Assembly (NCBI RefSeq): GCF_963921235.1
Contig: NC_086109.1
Coordinates: forward strand, 33,792,001-33,856,000
Reading direction: 5' to 3'
Source: Mobula hypostoma
Lineage: Eukaryota
Length of the DNA stretch: 64,000 bases
The position numbers and the translations under genes are program-made. Shown piece by piece: positions 26,811 through 37,434 of this stretch. Position 1 is the stretch's first letter. Every line of letters begins with the position of its first letter. A model generated the notes under the pieces. The model saw only the letters and a program-made list of their open reading frames with translations. It did no database searches and had not been told where the DNA came from.

Positions 26811-28015
26811 AGACAATAGACAATAGGTGCAGGAGTAGGCCATTTGGCCCTTCGAGCCAGCACCACCATTCACTGTGATCATGGCTGATCATCCACAATC
26901 AGTATCCAGTTCCTGCCTTATCCCCATAACCTTTGATTCCGCTATCTTTAAGAGCTCTATCCATCTCTTTCTTGAAAGCATCCAGAGACTTGGACTCCAC
27001 AGCCTTCTGGGGCACAGCATTCCATATATCCACCACTCTCTGGGTGAAAAAGTTTTTCCTCAACTCCGTTCTAAATGGCCTACCCCTTATTCTTAAACTG
27101 TGGCCTCTGGTTCTGGACTCACCCATCAGCGGGAACATACTTCCTGCCTGCAGCGTGTCCAATCCCTTAATAATCTTATATGTTTCAATAAGATCCCCTC
27201 TCAGCCTTCTAAATTCCAGAGTATACAAGCCCAGTCTCTCCAATCTTTCAACATATGACAGTCCCGCCATCCTCGGTATTAACCTTGTGAACCTACGTTG
27301 CACTCCCTCAGCAACAAGAATGTCCTTCCTCAAATTTGGAGACCATAACTGCACACAGTACTCCAGGTGTGGTCTCACCAGGGCCCTGTACAGCTGCAGA
27401 AGGACCTCTCTGCTTTTATACTCAATTCCCCTTGTTATGAAGGCCAGCATGCCATTAGCTTTCTTCACTGCCTGCTGTATTTGCATGCTTGCTTTCAGTG
27501 ACTGATGTACAAGAACACCTAGATCTCGTTGTACTTCCCTTTTTCCTAACTTGACTCCATTTAGATAATAATCTGCCTTCCTGTTCTTACCACCAAAGTG
27601 GATAACCTCACATTTATCCACATTAATCTGCATCTGCCATGCATCTGCCCACTCACCCAGCCTGTCCAAGTCACCCTGCATTCTCCTAACATCCTCCTCA
27701 CATTTCACACTGCCACCCAGCTTTGTGTCATTGGCAAATTTGCTAATGTTACTTTTAATTCCCTCATCTAAATCACTAATATATATTGTAAACAACTGTG
27801 GTCCCAGCACTGAACCCTACGGTACCCCACTGGTCACCACCTGCCATTCCAAAAGGGACCCGTTAATCGCTACTCTTTGCTTTCTGTCAGCCAGCCAATT
27901 TTCAATCCATGTCAGTACTCTGCCCCCAATACCATGTGCCCTAATTTTGTCCACTAATCTCCTATGTGGGACTTTATCAAAGGCTTTCTGAAAGTCCAGG
28001 TACTCTACATCCGCT
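26811..28015 (-). mobile_element. 5'-truncated CR1 LINE (RT and C-terminus)
   Basis: ORF 26899-27810 'LGPQLFTIYI...KFANDTKLGG...HLEYCVQLWSP'; (ctattgt)n tail; TSD GAATCAT at 26804-26810 and 28016-28022. Confidence 0.95.
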
Positions 28016-28334
28016 GAATCATGTTTGGGAAAAGGTGAAGGAAGAGAAGTGGAAGCAGAAAGCACCAGAGAGACGTTCTGTAATGATCAATAAATCAGTT
28101 ATTTGGAATTGAAGTACCAGAGTACCTTGCCTGATGTCCCAAGGCTGGGTGTGTCTGCATACATGGCACCCTTGCCCCTGGCATTCCTTTTCTGCATCTG
28201 TCCTAAATCCATCCCACAGCACTCCACCCTCACGTTTCCCAACATCCTTTGCGCCCACCAGATTTACAAGCTCTCTTTTTGCCTCACATTAACAAATATA
28301 ATACTGTGCAAAATTCTTAGGCACCCTAGCTATA

Positions 28335-31300
28335 ATTAGAATAATGAATTGAAAATACATGTGGACTAAGATGTTAACTGTCCTGTGCTATCACCAGTGG
28401 GATCATCAGTTGATCTGCCACCTGTCTTCAGGAGTTTCGGCCCACTTATGATCAAGACTCCCTTGAGGTGGTGCGCCAGCAGTGCTAAAGTACCACCTTC
28501 CACTGGTGAGCTTAAACACTTGGCACCTGCCTCTATCAGAGTTGTTGGTCATTTCCATTCAACCTGAAGTCTACTCTTCAGGTGTCTATGCAACTACTGA
28601 AGGGTTTGCAAAAGATGGATACACTGTCTGACTATCTGCCCCTCTGGACATACTTGGTCCACACCCATGCTGATCCTTTCTCTGCTGCCTCAGCTACAGC
28701 CCTGCTGGTTGACTTGATCTCTCTTCTAGTGAAGCCAAGGTCACGCAGCCACTTCTGGAAAGTGAACGCAATAAAGCCACGGCAACCTACTTTGAATGGA
28801 TAGCATGAAACCTTCCACCCTCTGTCTCTGCACTCTGATCTTAATTCTGCATGCTTGGTTAACTTGTGCTCATGGGCTTCATAGATGTTGTCTTCCCAGG
28901 GGACTGTGAGTTCACCAATAACCACTTCTCTACTGGTGTCAGACCATACGATTATATCTGTACGCAATGTGGTGAAAGCTATTTGCTCCAGGAAACTGCC
29001 TTTCCCATCCAGGTTGGCCTTGACACACCAATCATTGGCTGAAGAAAGTATGCTTGATCGTGGGCCTGCGCTATACACCCTTGACTTGGAGCCTTCTTTC
29101 ACAAACGATATGCGATGTTCTGTGCAGCATGGAGCATGAGATAAGTTGTGCTGCAGTACTCTCTGCTCAACCGCTTCTGTTACAACTTTGAGAACATTGT
29201 TATGTCTCCAAGTTTAAATCCAGGGCAAGCATTAAAAAGGGCCACTTTTCAACATAATTGTATAAGGGCTAAGAGAGTTGTAAAAGAGCGCCTGAAGGCT
29301 TTGTGTGTCAATGCAAGGAGCATTCGTAATAAGGTGGATGAATTGAAAGTGCAGATTATTATTAATGATTATGATATAGTTGGGATCACAGAGACATGGC
29401 TCCAGGGTGACCAAGGATGGGAGCTCAACGTTCAGGGATATTCAATATTCAGAAGGGATAGACATGAAGGAAGGGGAGGTGGGGTGGCGTTGCTGGTTAA
29501 AGAAGAGATTAACGCAATAGAAAGGAAGGACATAAGCCGGGAAGATGTGGAATCGATATGGGTAGAGCTGCGTAACACTAAGGGGCAGAAGACGCCGGTG
29601 GGAGTTGTGTACAGGCCACCTAACAGTAGTAGTGAGGTCGGAGATGGTATTAAACAGGAAATTAGAAATGTGTGCAATAAAGGAACAGCAGTTATAATGG
29701 GTGATTTCAATCTACATGTAGATTGGGTGAACCAAATTGGTAAAGGTGCTGAGGAAGAGGATTTCTTGGAATGTATGCGGGATGGTTTTTTGAACAAACA
29801 TGTCGAGGAACCAACTAGAGAGCAGGCTATTCTGGACTGGGTTTTGAGCAATGAGGAAGGGTTAATTAGCAATCTTGTCGTGAGAGGCCCCTTGGGTAAG
29901 AGTGAACATAATATGGTGGAATTCTTCACTAAGATGGAGAGTGACATAGTTAATTCAGAAACAAAGGTTCTGAACTTAAAGAGGGGTAACTTTGAAGGTA
30001 TGAGACGTGAATTAGCTAAGATAGACTGGCAAACGACACTTAAAGGATTGATGGTGGATATACAATGGCAAGCATTTAAAGGTTGCATGGATGAACTACA
30101 ACAATTGTTCATCCCAGTTTGGCAAAAGAATAAATCAAGGAAGGTAGTGCACCCGTGGCTGACAAGAGAAATTAGGGATAGTATCAATTCCAAAGAAGAA
30201 GCATACAAATTAGCCAGAGAAAGTGGCTCACCTGAGGACTGGGAGAAATTCAGAGTTCAGCAGAGGAGGACAAAGGGCTTAATTAGGAAGGGGAAAAAAG
30301 ATTATGAGAGAAAACTGGCAGGGAACATAAAAACTGACTAAAAGCTTTTATAGATATGTAAAAAGGAAAACCTGGTAAAGACAAATGTAGGTCCCCTACA
30401 GACAGAAACAGGTGAATTGATTATGGAGAGCAAGGACATGGCAGACCAATTGAATAATTACTTTGGTTCTGTCTTCACTAAGGAGGACATAAATAATCTT
30501 CCAGAAATAGTAGGGGACAGAGGGTCCAGTGAGATGGAGGAACTGAGCGAAATACATGTTAGTAGGGAAGTGGTGTTAGGTAAATTGAAGGGATTGAAGG
30601 CAGATAAATCCCCAGGGCCAGATGGTCTGCATCCTAGAGTGCTTAAGGAAGTAGCCCAAGAAATAGTGGATGCATTAGTGATAATTTTTCAAAACTCGTT
30701 AGATTCTGGACTATTTCCTGAGGATTGGAGGGTGGCTAATGTAACCCCACTTTTTAAAAAAGGAGAGAGAGAGAAACCGGGGAATTATAGACCGGTTAGC
30801 CTAACATCAGTGGTGGGGAAACTGCTGGAGTCAGTTATCAAAGATGTGATAACAGCACATTTGGAAAGCGGTGAAATCATCGGACAAAGTCAGCATGGAT
30901 TTGTGAAAGGAAAATCATGTCTGACGAATCTCATAGAATTTTTTGAGGATGTAACTAGTAGAGTGGATAGGGGAGAACCAGTGGATGTGGTATATTTGGA
31001 TTTTCAAAAGGCTTTTGACAAGGTCCCACACAGGAGATTAGTGTACAAACTTAAAGCACACGGTATTGGGGGTAAGGTATTGATGTGGATGGAGAATTGG
31101 TTAGCAGACAGGAAGCAAAGAGTGGGAATAAATGGGACCTTTTCAGAATGGCAGGCGGTGACTAGTGGGGTACCGCAAGGCTCAGTGCTGGGACCCCAGT
31201 TGTTTACAATATATATTAATGACTTGGATGAGGGAATTAAATGCAGCATCTCCAAGTTTGCGGATGACACGAAGCTGGGTGGCAGTGTTAGCAGTGAGGA

Positions 31301-33009
31301 GGATGCTAAGAGGATGCAGAGTGACTTGGATAGGTTGGGTGAGTGGGCAAATTCATGGCAGATGCAACTTAATGTGGGTAAATGTGAAGTTATCCACTTT
31401 GGTGGCAAAAATAGGAGGACAGATTATTATCTGAATGGTGGCCGATTAGGAAAAGGGGAGGTGCAACGAGACCTGGGTGTCATTATACACCAGTCATTGA
31501 AAGTGGGCATGCAGGTACAGCAGGCGGTGAAAAAGGCGAATGGTATGCTGGCATTTATAGCGAGAAGATTCAAGTACAGGAGCAGGGAGGTACTACTGCA
31601 GTTGTACAAGGCCTTGGTGAGACCACACCTGGAGTATTGTGTGCAGTTTTGGTCCCCTAATCTGAGGAAAGACATCCTTGCCATAGAGGGAGTACAAAGA
31701 AGGTTCACCAGATTGATTCCTGGGATGGCAGGACTTTCATATGAAGAAAGTCTGGATGAACTGGGCTTGTACTCGTTGGAATTTAGAAGATTGAGGGGGG
31801 ATCTGATTGAAACGTATAAAATCCTAAAGGGATTGGACAGGCTAGATGCAGGAAGATTGTTCCCGATGTTGGGGAAGTCCAGAACGAGGGGTCACAGTTT
31901 GAGGATAAAGGGGAAGCCTCTTAGGACCGAGATTAGGAAAAACTTCTTCACACAGAGAGTGGTGAATCTGTGGAATTCTCTGCCACAGGAAATAGTTGAG
32001 GCCAGTTCATTGGCTATATTTAAGAGGGAGTTAGATATGGCCCTTGTGGCTACGAGGATCAGGGGGTATGGAGGGAAGGCTGGGGCGGGGTTCTGAGTTG
32101 GATGATCAGCCATGATCATAATAAATGGCGGTGCAGGCTCGAAGGGCCGAATGGCCTACTCCTGCACCTATTTTCTATGTTTCTATGTTTCTATGTTTAC
32201 ATGCCGCTGGAAAGATTGACTCTGCATGCACTCAAAATATGTTGAAGTGTTCCCTTCTCGCCACAAGCAGCACACCTGTCTGTCTTATCTTCATACCAGG
32301 TGCTGAGGTTGGCAGGTGTTGGGAGCAGGTCATACGCTGCTCTGCACAGAAAAGAAATGTGGAGCGGTTCCATCTGCCACAGAACATTCCAAGATAGATG
32401 TTGTTGTTCAACACTTTCCCACCAGATCCAAGCCCCTTGTTTGGCCAGGCCAGCTGTTTTAGCTAACCTCTTCTCTTCTACATCCCGTATTTCCTGTGTT
32501 ACAAGCTCACGGCGCTCCTTACCTGTAGAAGATGACCACCACTTGTGGGTTGTCCATCCAAGTCCCTGGCGGCCTAGCTGGGTAGCCCCAACCGTCTCCT
32601 TGTAATTCAATCTAGACTCTGCCTCATCAACTGCTACACGGGCTGACCACTTCCTGCCTGATCTCACATCCGGCTGGGTGTTCTTGATGACAGGGTCTTT
32701 TGAGTCTCGAAGCATCAAGAATGATCTTTCCTTGGCTACCTTGACCTCTTCAACAAGAGATTGCACTGGGATGATAAGCTTTGTCTGGCTACTGTGGATT
32801 GTAACATTGGTGAGGCTGCTCGGCACTCCAAGACACTTCTTCACATACTTGTTGATCTTCCGTTCCATTGCCTCAACATGGGACATTGCCACTTCATAGA
32901 CAGTTAGTGGCCACATTATCCGTGGCGTCAGTCCATACTGCAAGCACCACAACTTCAACTTGCCAGGCAAGCCACACTTGTCGACAGACATCAGACACCA
33001 GCTGATCTG
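28335..33009 (-). mobile_element. HERO-type (R2 group) non-LTR retrotransposon with restriction-like endonuclease; 5'-truncated and split by a CR1
   Basis: ORF 32197-32991 'LPGKLKLWCLQYGL.PRIMWPL.VYE...CAACGEKGTLQHILSAC'; ORF 28632-29102 'LRTDIIVWS...GELTVPWE...EAHEHK..K...VGCRGF'. The two halves are colinear across the CR1 (SGM|*TWRHNNVL). Confidence 0.85.
29217..32194 (+). mobile_element. Young CR1 LINE, near-complete ORF2 (APE and RT)
   Basis: ORFs 29148-30341 and 30417-32096 are separated only by small indels near 30340-30372 relative to the 55747-59200 copy. (tttctatg)n tail; TSD GTTTA at 29212-29216 and 32195-32199. Confidence 0.97.
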
Positions 33010-33884
33010 TATATATATGTGCCTAAGAGTTTTACGCAGTACTGTGGGTGTTTATCAAAAAATTTCCAATCGGCATTACATTTTTAAATATGAGCACTTC
33101 ACTGTAATATTTTCTTCAGTGTTTCTCTCTAACAACTGCTGCACAATTTAGCATGAAGTGAAATAGTGAAATAAGCATTTGTTTAATGAATAGAGAAAGC
33201 TTGGAGACAGTGCGAGAGGGAGGATAGGCAGGTGACAAAGAACGCGCGCGCTCAGACTGATGGTTTGAGGTGTGTCTATTTTAATGCAAGGAGTATTATG
33301 AACAAAGCGGATGAGCTTAGAGCGTGGATCGGCACTTGGAGCTATGATGTTGTGGCCATTACAGAGACTTGGATGGCTCAGGGGGCAGGAATTGGTTACT
33401 TTGAGTGCCAGGCTTTAGATGTTTCAAAAAGGACAGGGAGGGAGGCAAAAGAGGTGGGGGCGTGGCACTGTTGATCAGAGGTAGTGTCACAGTTGCAGAA
33501 AAGGAGGAAGACATGGAGGGATTGTCTACAGAGTCTCTGTGGGTGGAAGTTAGGAGCAGGAAGGGGTCAATAACTTTACTGAGTGTTTTTTATAGACCAC
33601 CCAATAGTAACAGGGACATCGAGGAGCAGATAGGGAGACTGATTCTGGAAAGGTGTAATAATAACCGGGTTGTCAGGGTGGGAGATTTTAATATCCCAAA
33701 TATCGATTGGCATGTCCGTAGAAAGAGGGGTCTAGATGGGGTGGAGTCTGTTAGGTTTGTTAGGAGAGACTGTACTTGTTCTGGTATTGGGGAATGAACC
33801 TGGTCAGGTGTCAGATCTCTCAGTGGGAGAGCATTTTGGAGATAGTGATCACAATTCTATCTCCTTTACCATAGCATTGAAGGG

Positions 33885-34107
33885 TGTTGTGTTTGTGGCC
33901 TGGTTACACAACAATGCTATTAATAAAAATGCTGGAGACGGGAGCTAAGGTTCATGGTTCTTTACTGGCAGAAACTGAACCCGGCACACACATACAGATC
34001 CCTACACACCTAATAGCACATGCTCAATATGCACCTAATAGCGCATTCAGCGACGTACTACTGAAAAATAAAGTAGACCCTTATTATACTGCAGGCTATA
34101 CTGTACA
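33885..34107 (-). repeat. 3' LTR of the chimeric Gypsy
   Basis: TGTTG...TGTACA; ungapped match to 36970-37192 with about 25 mismatches in 223 (manual count). Confidence 0.95.
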
Positions 34108-34125
34108 CTCATCCCATTTTATTTT
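34108..34125 (-). promoter_or_regulatory. Polypurine tract
   Basis: Minus strand AAAATAAAATGGGATGAG directly precedes the 3' LTR. Confidence 0.7.
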
Positions 34126-34462
34126 AATAGTGTACTGTTCTTTTTAACTGGGCCACTATGCTAAACAAATATGTTTACCTTTAACATACAAACACCTACC
34201 ACTTGTTTACATAGTAACGTAATAATATTAAATTATAACAAAGTACTGTAATAATATCAAACTATAACAAGCCTTTTTTTTTACTTTTGGTCTAAGACCC
34301 ATTTATAACTCAAGTCTCTGGAGGGAACTTCTCCACCTCTCCGGATAACGTCTGTCAATAAACTTGCTTGTTTTAATACAGCTTTCCATATAAAAGTCAT
34401 GAAAAGTTGACCTCTGAGCATAGGGATTTAAGAAGATGTGCGCCTCCAACTTGCTAAGAGTT

Positions 34463-35388
34463 CTAGGCAGCAGATTGCCTCCATATAGTGAAGACTCCTC
34501 TGTGCAGCTGTCCTAGATATATACGTGTCTTTGTGCTATCACTTGTCTTCTTTACCCATATCTCATTTGTTCCAACTGAGCTAATTACACAGCCAATCTT
34601 CATATTCTCCTAGATTCCAAATAGATAGCCTGACCTTTATGATACCATCTCTTATCGTAATATAACTTTCTATCTTCTATTCATGCTTCATATCTTTGTG
34701 CTGGTGATTCAGCAGGAATTCTGGGAAGATGCTCAGAAGAAGACGGAGATGCTGGTCTTTTCAGAGACTTAAGCTTATTGAGAGTTTGCAGATCTTCCAT
34801 TATCTGTTCATCTATTAACAAGTAATTTAACTACGCAGTTTTCGTTTTTTGTCTGTAACTGGAACAGGGTCATTAGGTCTCCTCCTTAGTTTCCTGGTCA
34901 TTATTGGCTTTACCTCCATAGAATCTCCTGTGAGTTCCATTGTTAGCCTTTCATTCTCAATCATCTTTTTCTTTTCTTCTAACTCAGTCTTTTTACCTTC
35001 AAATTCCCTCACTGCTGCTTTCTTCTCTTTAATATAATTCCCTTCCACTTGTTCTGTCTCCAGTTACAGAAAAAGCTCGTTTCATATTCTTTCCTTGTAT
35101 TGTTGATCTTGTTTCTTCATCTTTTTCTGATACTCCTGCAAAGTGTCTTCCTGTAACTGCTGTAGCTGTCTTTTGAGAGATGGCAATTTTCTCCTGGTGC
35201 ACCTGTTCTTTTACTTCCAGGTAGTTTTCATCATCCTGCTTATTGGCAATGTCTGTCTCCCTTGCATCCTTTGTATCTTCATCCGAGTTGCGGCCACGAA
35301 TACTGTATTCATCTTCGTCGTCAACACTGTCTAGCTCCTCCTCGTCATTGTAATAGTCGACAATGGGTGAGAGGAGAGCTGCTGACAT
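34463..35388 (-). pseudogene. SUDS3: Processed (intronless) retrocopy of Sin3 histone deacetylase corepressor complex component SDS3
   Basis: Reading through frameshifts gives [19 protein letters not shown]...SDEDT...[33 protein letters not shown]...[14 protein letters not shown]...[29 protein letters not shown]...[30 protein letters not shown]...KLYYDKRWYHKGQAIYLES...[42 protein letters not shown]. This matches recalled vertebrate SUDS3 from start to stop. At least 3 frameshifts and 3 premature stops. Confidence 0.95.
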
Positions 35389-35409
35389 CTTCCCCGCCGA
35401 GCTGCCCCT

Positions 35410-36589
35410 CTTTGTTGATGCATCTAGTGCCTTGATGGTGTGCCAATCTAACTGGATTTTCCTGAGCCATTCATGTCCCAGCAACAGTGGTCCTCCATTT
35501 TTCAGTACATAGAGGTTCAGCTGCGGTGTTTTGTCTCCGTAGGTCACTGTCACATTAATTTTACCTTTGGGATGCACTTTCTGTCCTGTGTAAGTCTTTA
35601 GCAGTAGTTTAGTTCATTTCAGAAGTATGTGAGAAAACAGTCGTTTGTAGTTGTGTGCAGAGATCACTGTTAAAGCAGAGCCTGTGTCCAACTCCATTTT
35701 TAGTCTCACACCTGCCACTTGTGGAGTGATCCTTATTACTCTTCGATCATCTGTCTCTTTCACGTTGTAAAGTTGCAGACAAGACAATTCACTTTTGTCT
35801 GAGTCGTTTTCATCAGAACTGCTTTCTTCCATTTTGAGTACATTGTTGTGTTTTCCTTTCTGAGGTTTCTTGTTTCTGTATTTTGTCATTTTTCTGCTGT
35901 TTACTAGCTCTGCATACTCTGCCAGTGTGGCCCTGTTTGCCACAGTTTCTGCATTCTTTGTCTTTAAACCAACAGTCATCAGGGTCATGTGACATGTTCC
36001 CACAATGGTAACATTTCTTTCCTTCATTTCTGTTCAGTGACATTTTATTTGTAGCATATTCCAGAGATTTTTGTTGTATCTCTGAAGCACTCTGTGCTGC
36101 TGTTTCTGTTGATATTGCAATGTTCAGCGCCTTCTCTCATGTAAGCTCTTTTTCACCCAGGAGCTTCTTCTGTGTGGTTTCACAGTGCATGCCACACACT
36201 AACCTGTCCCTTAATGCATCTGATAGACCAGCTCCAAATTGACAATGTTCTGGTAATTTGCTCAATTCAGCACAATAATTCAAAAATGCTTTCATTTTTG
36301 CTCTGATTCCATTTGAGAAATTTAAATCTTTCAGCAATGACCAGTGGTTTGGGGTTTAATTGTTGTTGGAGAGTGTCTACTATTTGTTTAAATGCTTTGT
36401 CAGCTGGCTTTTCAGGGGTTAACAAGTTAGCAGCCCATATGTTTTTGCTCCCATAATACTGAGTAAGATGCTGGCTTTCTTTTCATCCTTAACACCGTTA
36501 GCCTCACAATATAACTCCACTCTCTCAATGTAAATTGCCCAGTCTTCAATGCCACTATCAAATGCTGTAATGTTTCCAATCATCGCCAT
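35410..36589 (-). pseudogene. Gypsy gag (double CCHC zinc knuckle) and aspartic protease, disrupted
   Basis: 'MAMIGNITAFD...EDWAIYIERVELYCEAN', 'ALRDRLVCGM', 'CYHCGNMSHDPDDC...CRNCGKQGHTGRVC', protease 'MELDTGSALTVI...LLLGHEWL'. Confidence 0.92.
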
Positions 36590-36955
36590 CTTTGTTATGT
36601 TAATTTAGTCCCGTTTTCCCCCTGTTTTCTTTTCTTTGACTCACGTGTCCTTTTTGCTAGCACAAGCGCCTCTGTCTAGATGCGTGTGTCGCTCCTTTTT
36701 ATCTTCCTTCTGGGGCGGGCAGACACTCAGCCCTGGGGGTCAGTGCCAGCTGTGGTCTCGCCTGGATGTACTGCAGCTCCAACTGTGTCTCCTGGTCTCC
36801 CGACGTTCCCGACCCCGGCTGTGCTCCTACTTCCTTTCGGACTCGCGACCTCGCTCTGCCTCCTTCTCCCACTCCTTGGCTCATTCCTTGCGCTCTTCCT
36901 CAGAGTGTCATTATCAACTAAAACATGGCGTTCCGATTAGATGTAGGTTCATTAA

Positions 36956-36966
36956 CCTCATCGCCA
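36956..36966 (-). promoter_or_regulatory. Primer binding site (tRNA-Ser(GCU)-type)
   Basis: TGGCGATGAGG lies 3 nt inside the 5' LTR. It is one C>T change from TGGCGACGAGG, the complement of the 3' end of vertebrate tRNA-Ser(GCU). Confidence 0.8.
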
Positions 36967-36969
36967 ATT

Positions 36970-37192
36970 TGTTGTGTATGTGGCCTGGTTACACAACAAT
37001 GCTATTAATAAAAATGCTGGAGACGGGAGCTAAGGTTCATGGTGCTTTACTGGCAGAAATCGAACTGGGCACACACATACAGATCCATACGCGCCTAATA
37101 GCGTATGCTCAATATGCGCTTAATAGCACATTCAACAACGTGTTACTAAAACATAAAGTAGTCCCTCATTATACTGTAGGCTATACGGCACA
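36970..37192 (-). repeat. 5' LTR of the chimeric Gypsy
   Basis: TGTTG...GGCACA, 223 bp, adjacent to the PBS. Confidence 0.95.
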
Positions 37193-37434
37193 AAGAGGGA
37201 TAGGAACAGACAAGTTAGGAAAGCGTTTAATTGGAGTAAGGGGAAATATAAGGCTATCACGCAGAAACTTGGAAGCATAAATTGGGAACAGATGTTCTCA
37301 GGGAAATGTACAGAAGAAATATAGCAAATGTTCAGGGGATATTTGAGTGGAGTTCTGCATAGGTACGTTCCAATGAGACAGGGAAAGGATGGTAGGGTAC
37401 AGGAACCGTGGTGTACAAAGGCTGTTATAAATCT

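Larger units (their letters stand above)
25061..33044 (-). mobile_element. Tc1-like non-autonomous element with palindromic TIRs (copy B), expanded to about 8 kb by nested LINEs
   Basis: Left hairpin 25061-25102 plus 26634-26668, internal 26670-26810 plus 28016-28300, right hairpin 28300-28334 plus 33010-33044. TA before the left end. Confidence 0.75.
33885..37192 (-). mobile_element. Chimeric Gypsy (Mag-like) LTR retrotransposon carrying a captured SUDS3 cDNA
   Basis: Two 223-bp TG..CA LTRs, PBS, PPT, TSD AAGGG/AAGAG (33880-33884 and 37193-37197), gag-protease, SUDS3 cDNA and an integrase C-terminal tail. Confidence 0.95.
33190..37434 (+). mobile_element. CR1 LINE APE fragment; host of the SUDS3-bearing Gypsy
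   Basis: 'CVYFNARSIMNK...AITETW', 'FYRPPNS...GDFN', 'GDSDHN'. Resumes at 37193 and again at about 38119. Confidence 0.9.

Noticed and set aside
29432..30208. Long antisense ORFs over CR1 and Penelope (also 26933-27505, 50303-50713, 58090-58509)
   Set aside because: Shadow frames of TE coding sequence.
34463..35388. SUDS3 as a functional host gene
   Set aside because: Intronless, embedded between LTRs, with several frameshifts and premature stops.
36636..37280. 214-aa plus-strand ORF
   Set aside because: Runs antisense across the Gypsy leader, LTR and flanking CR1, so it is a composite artefact.
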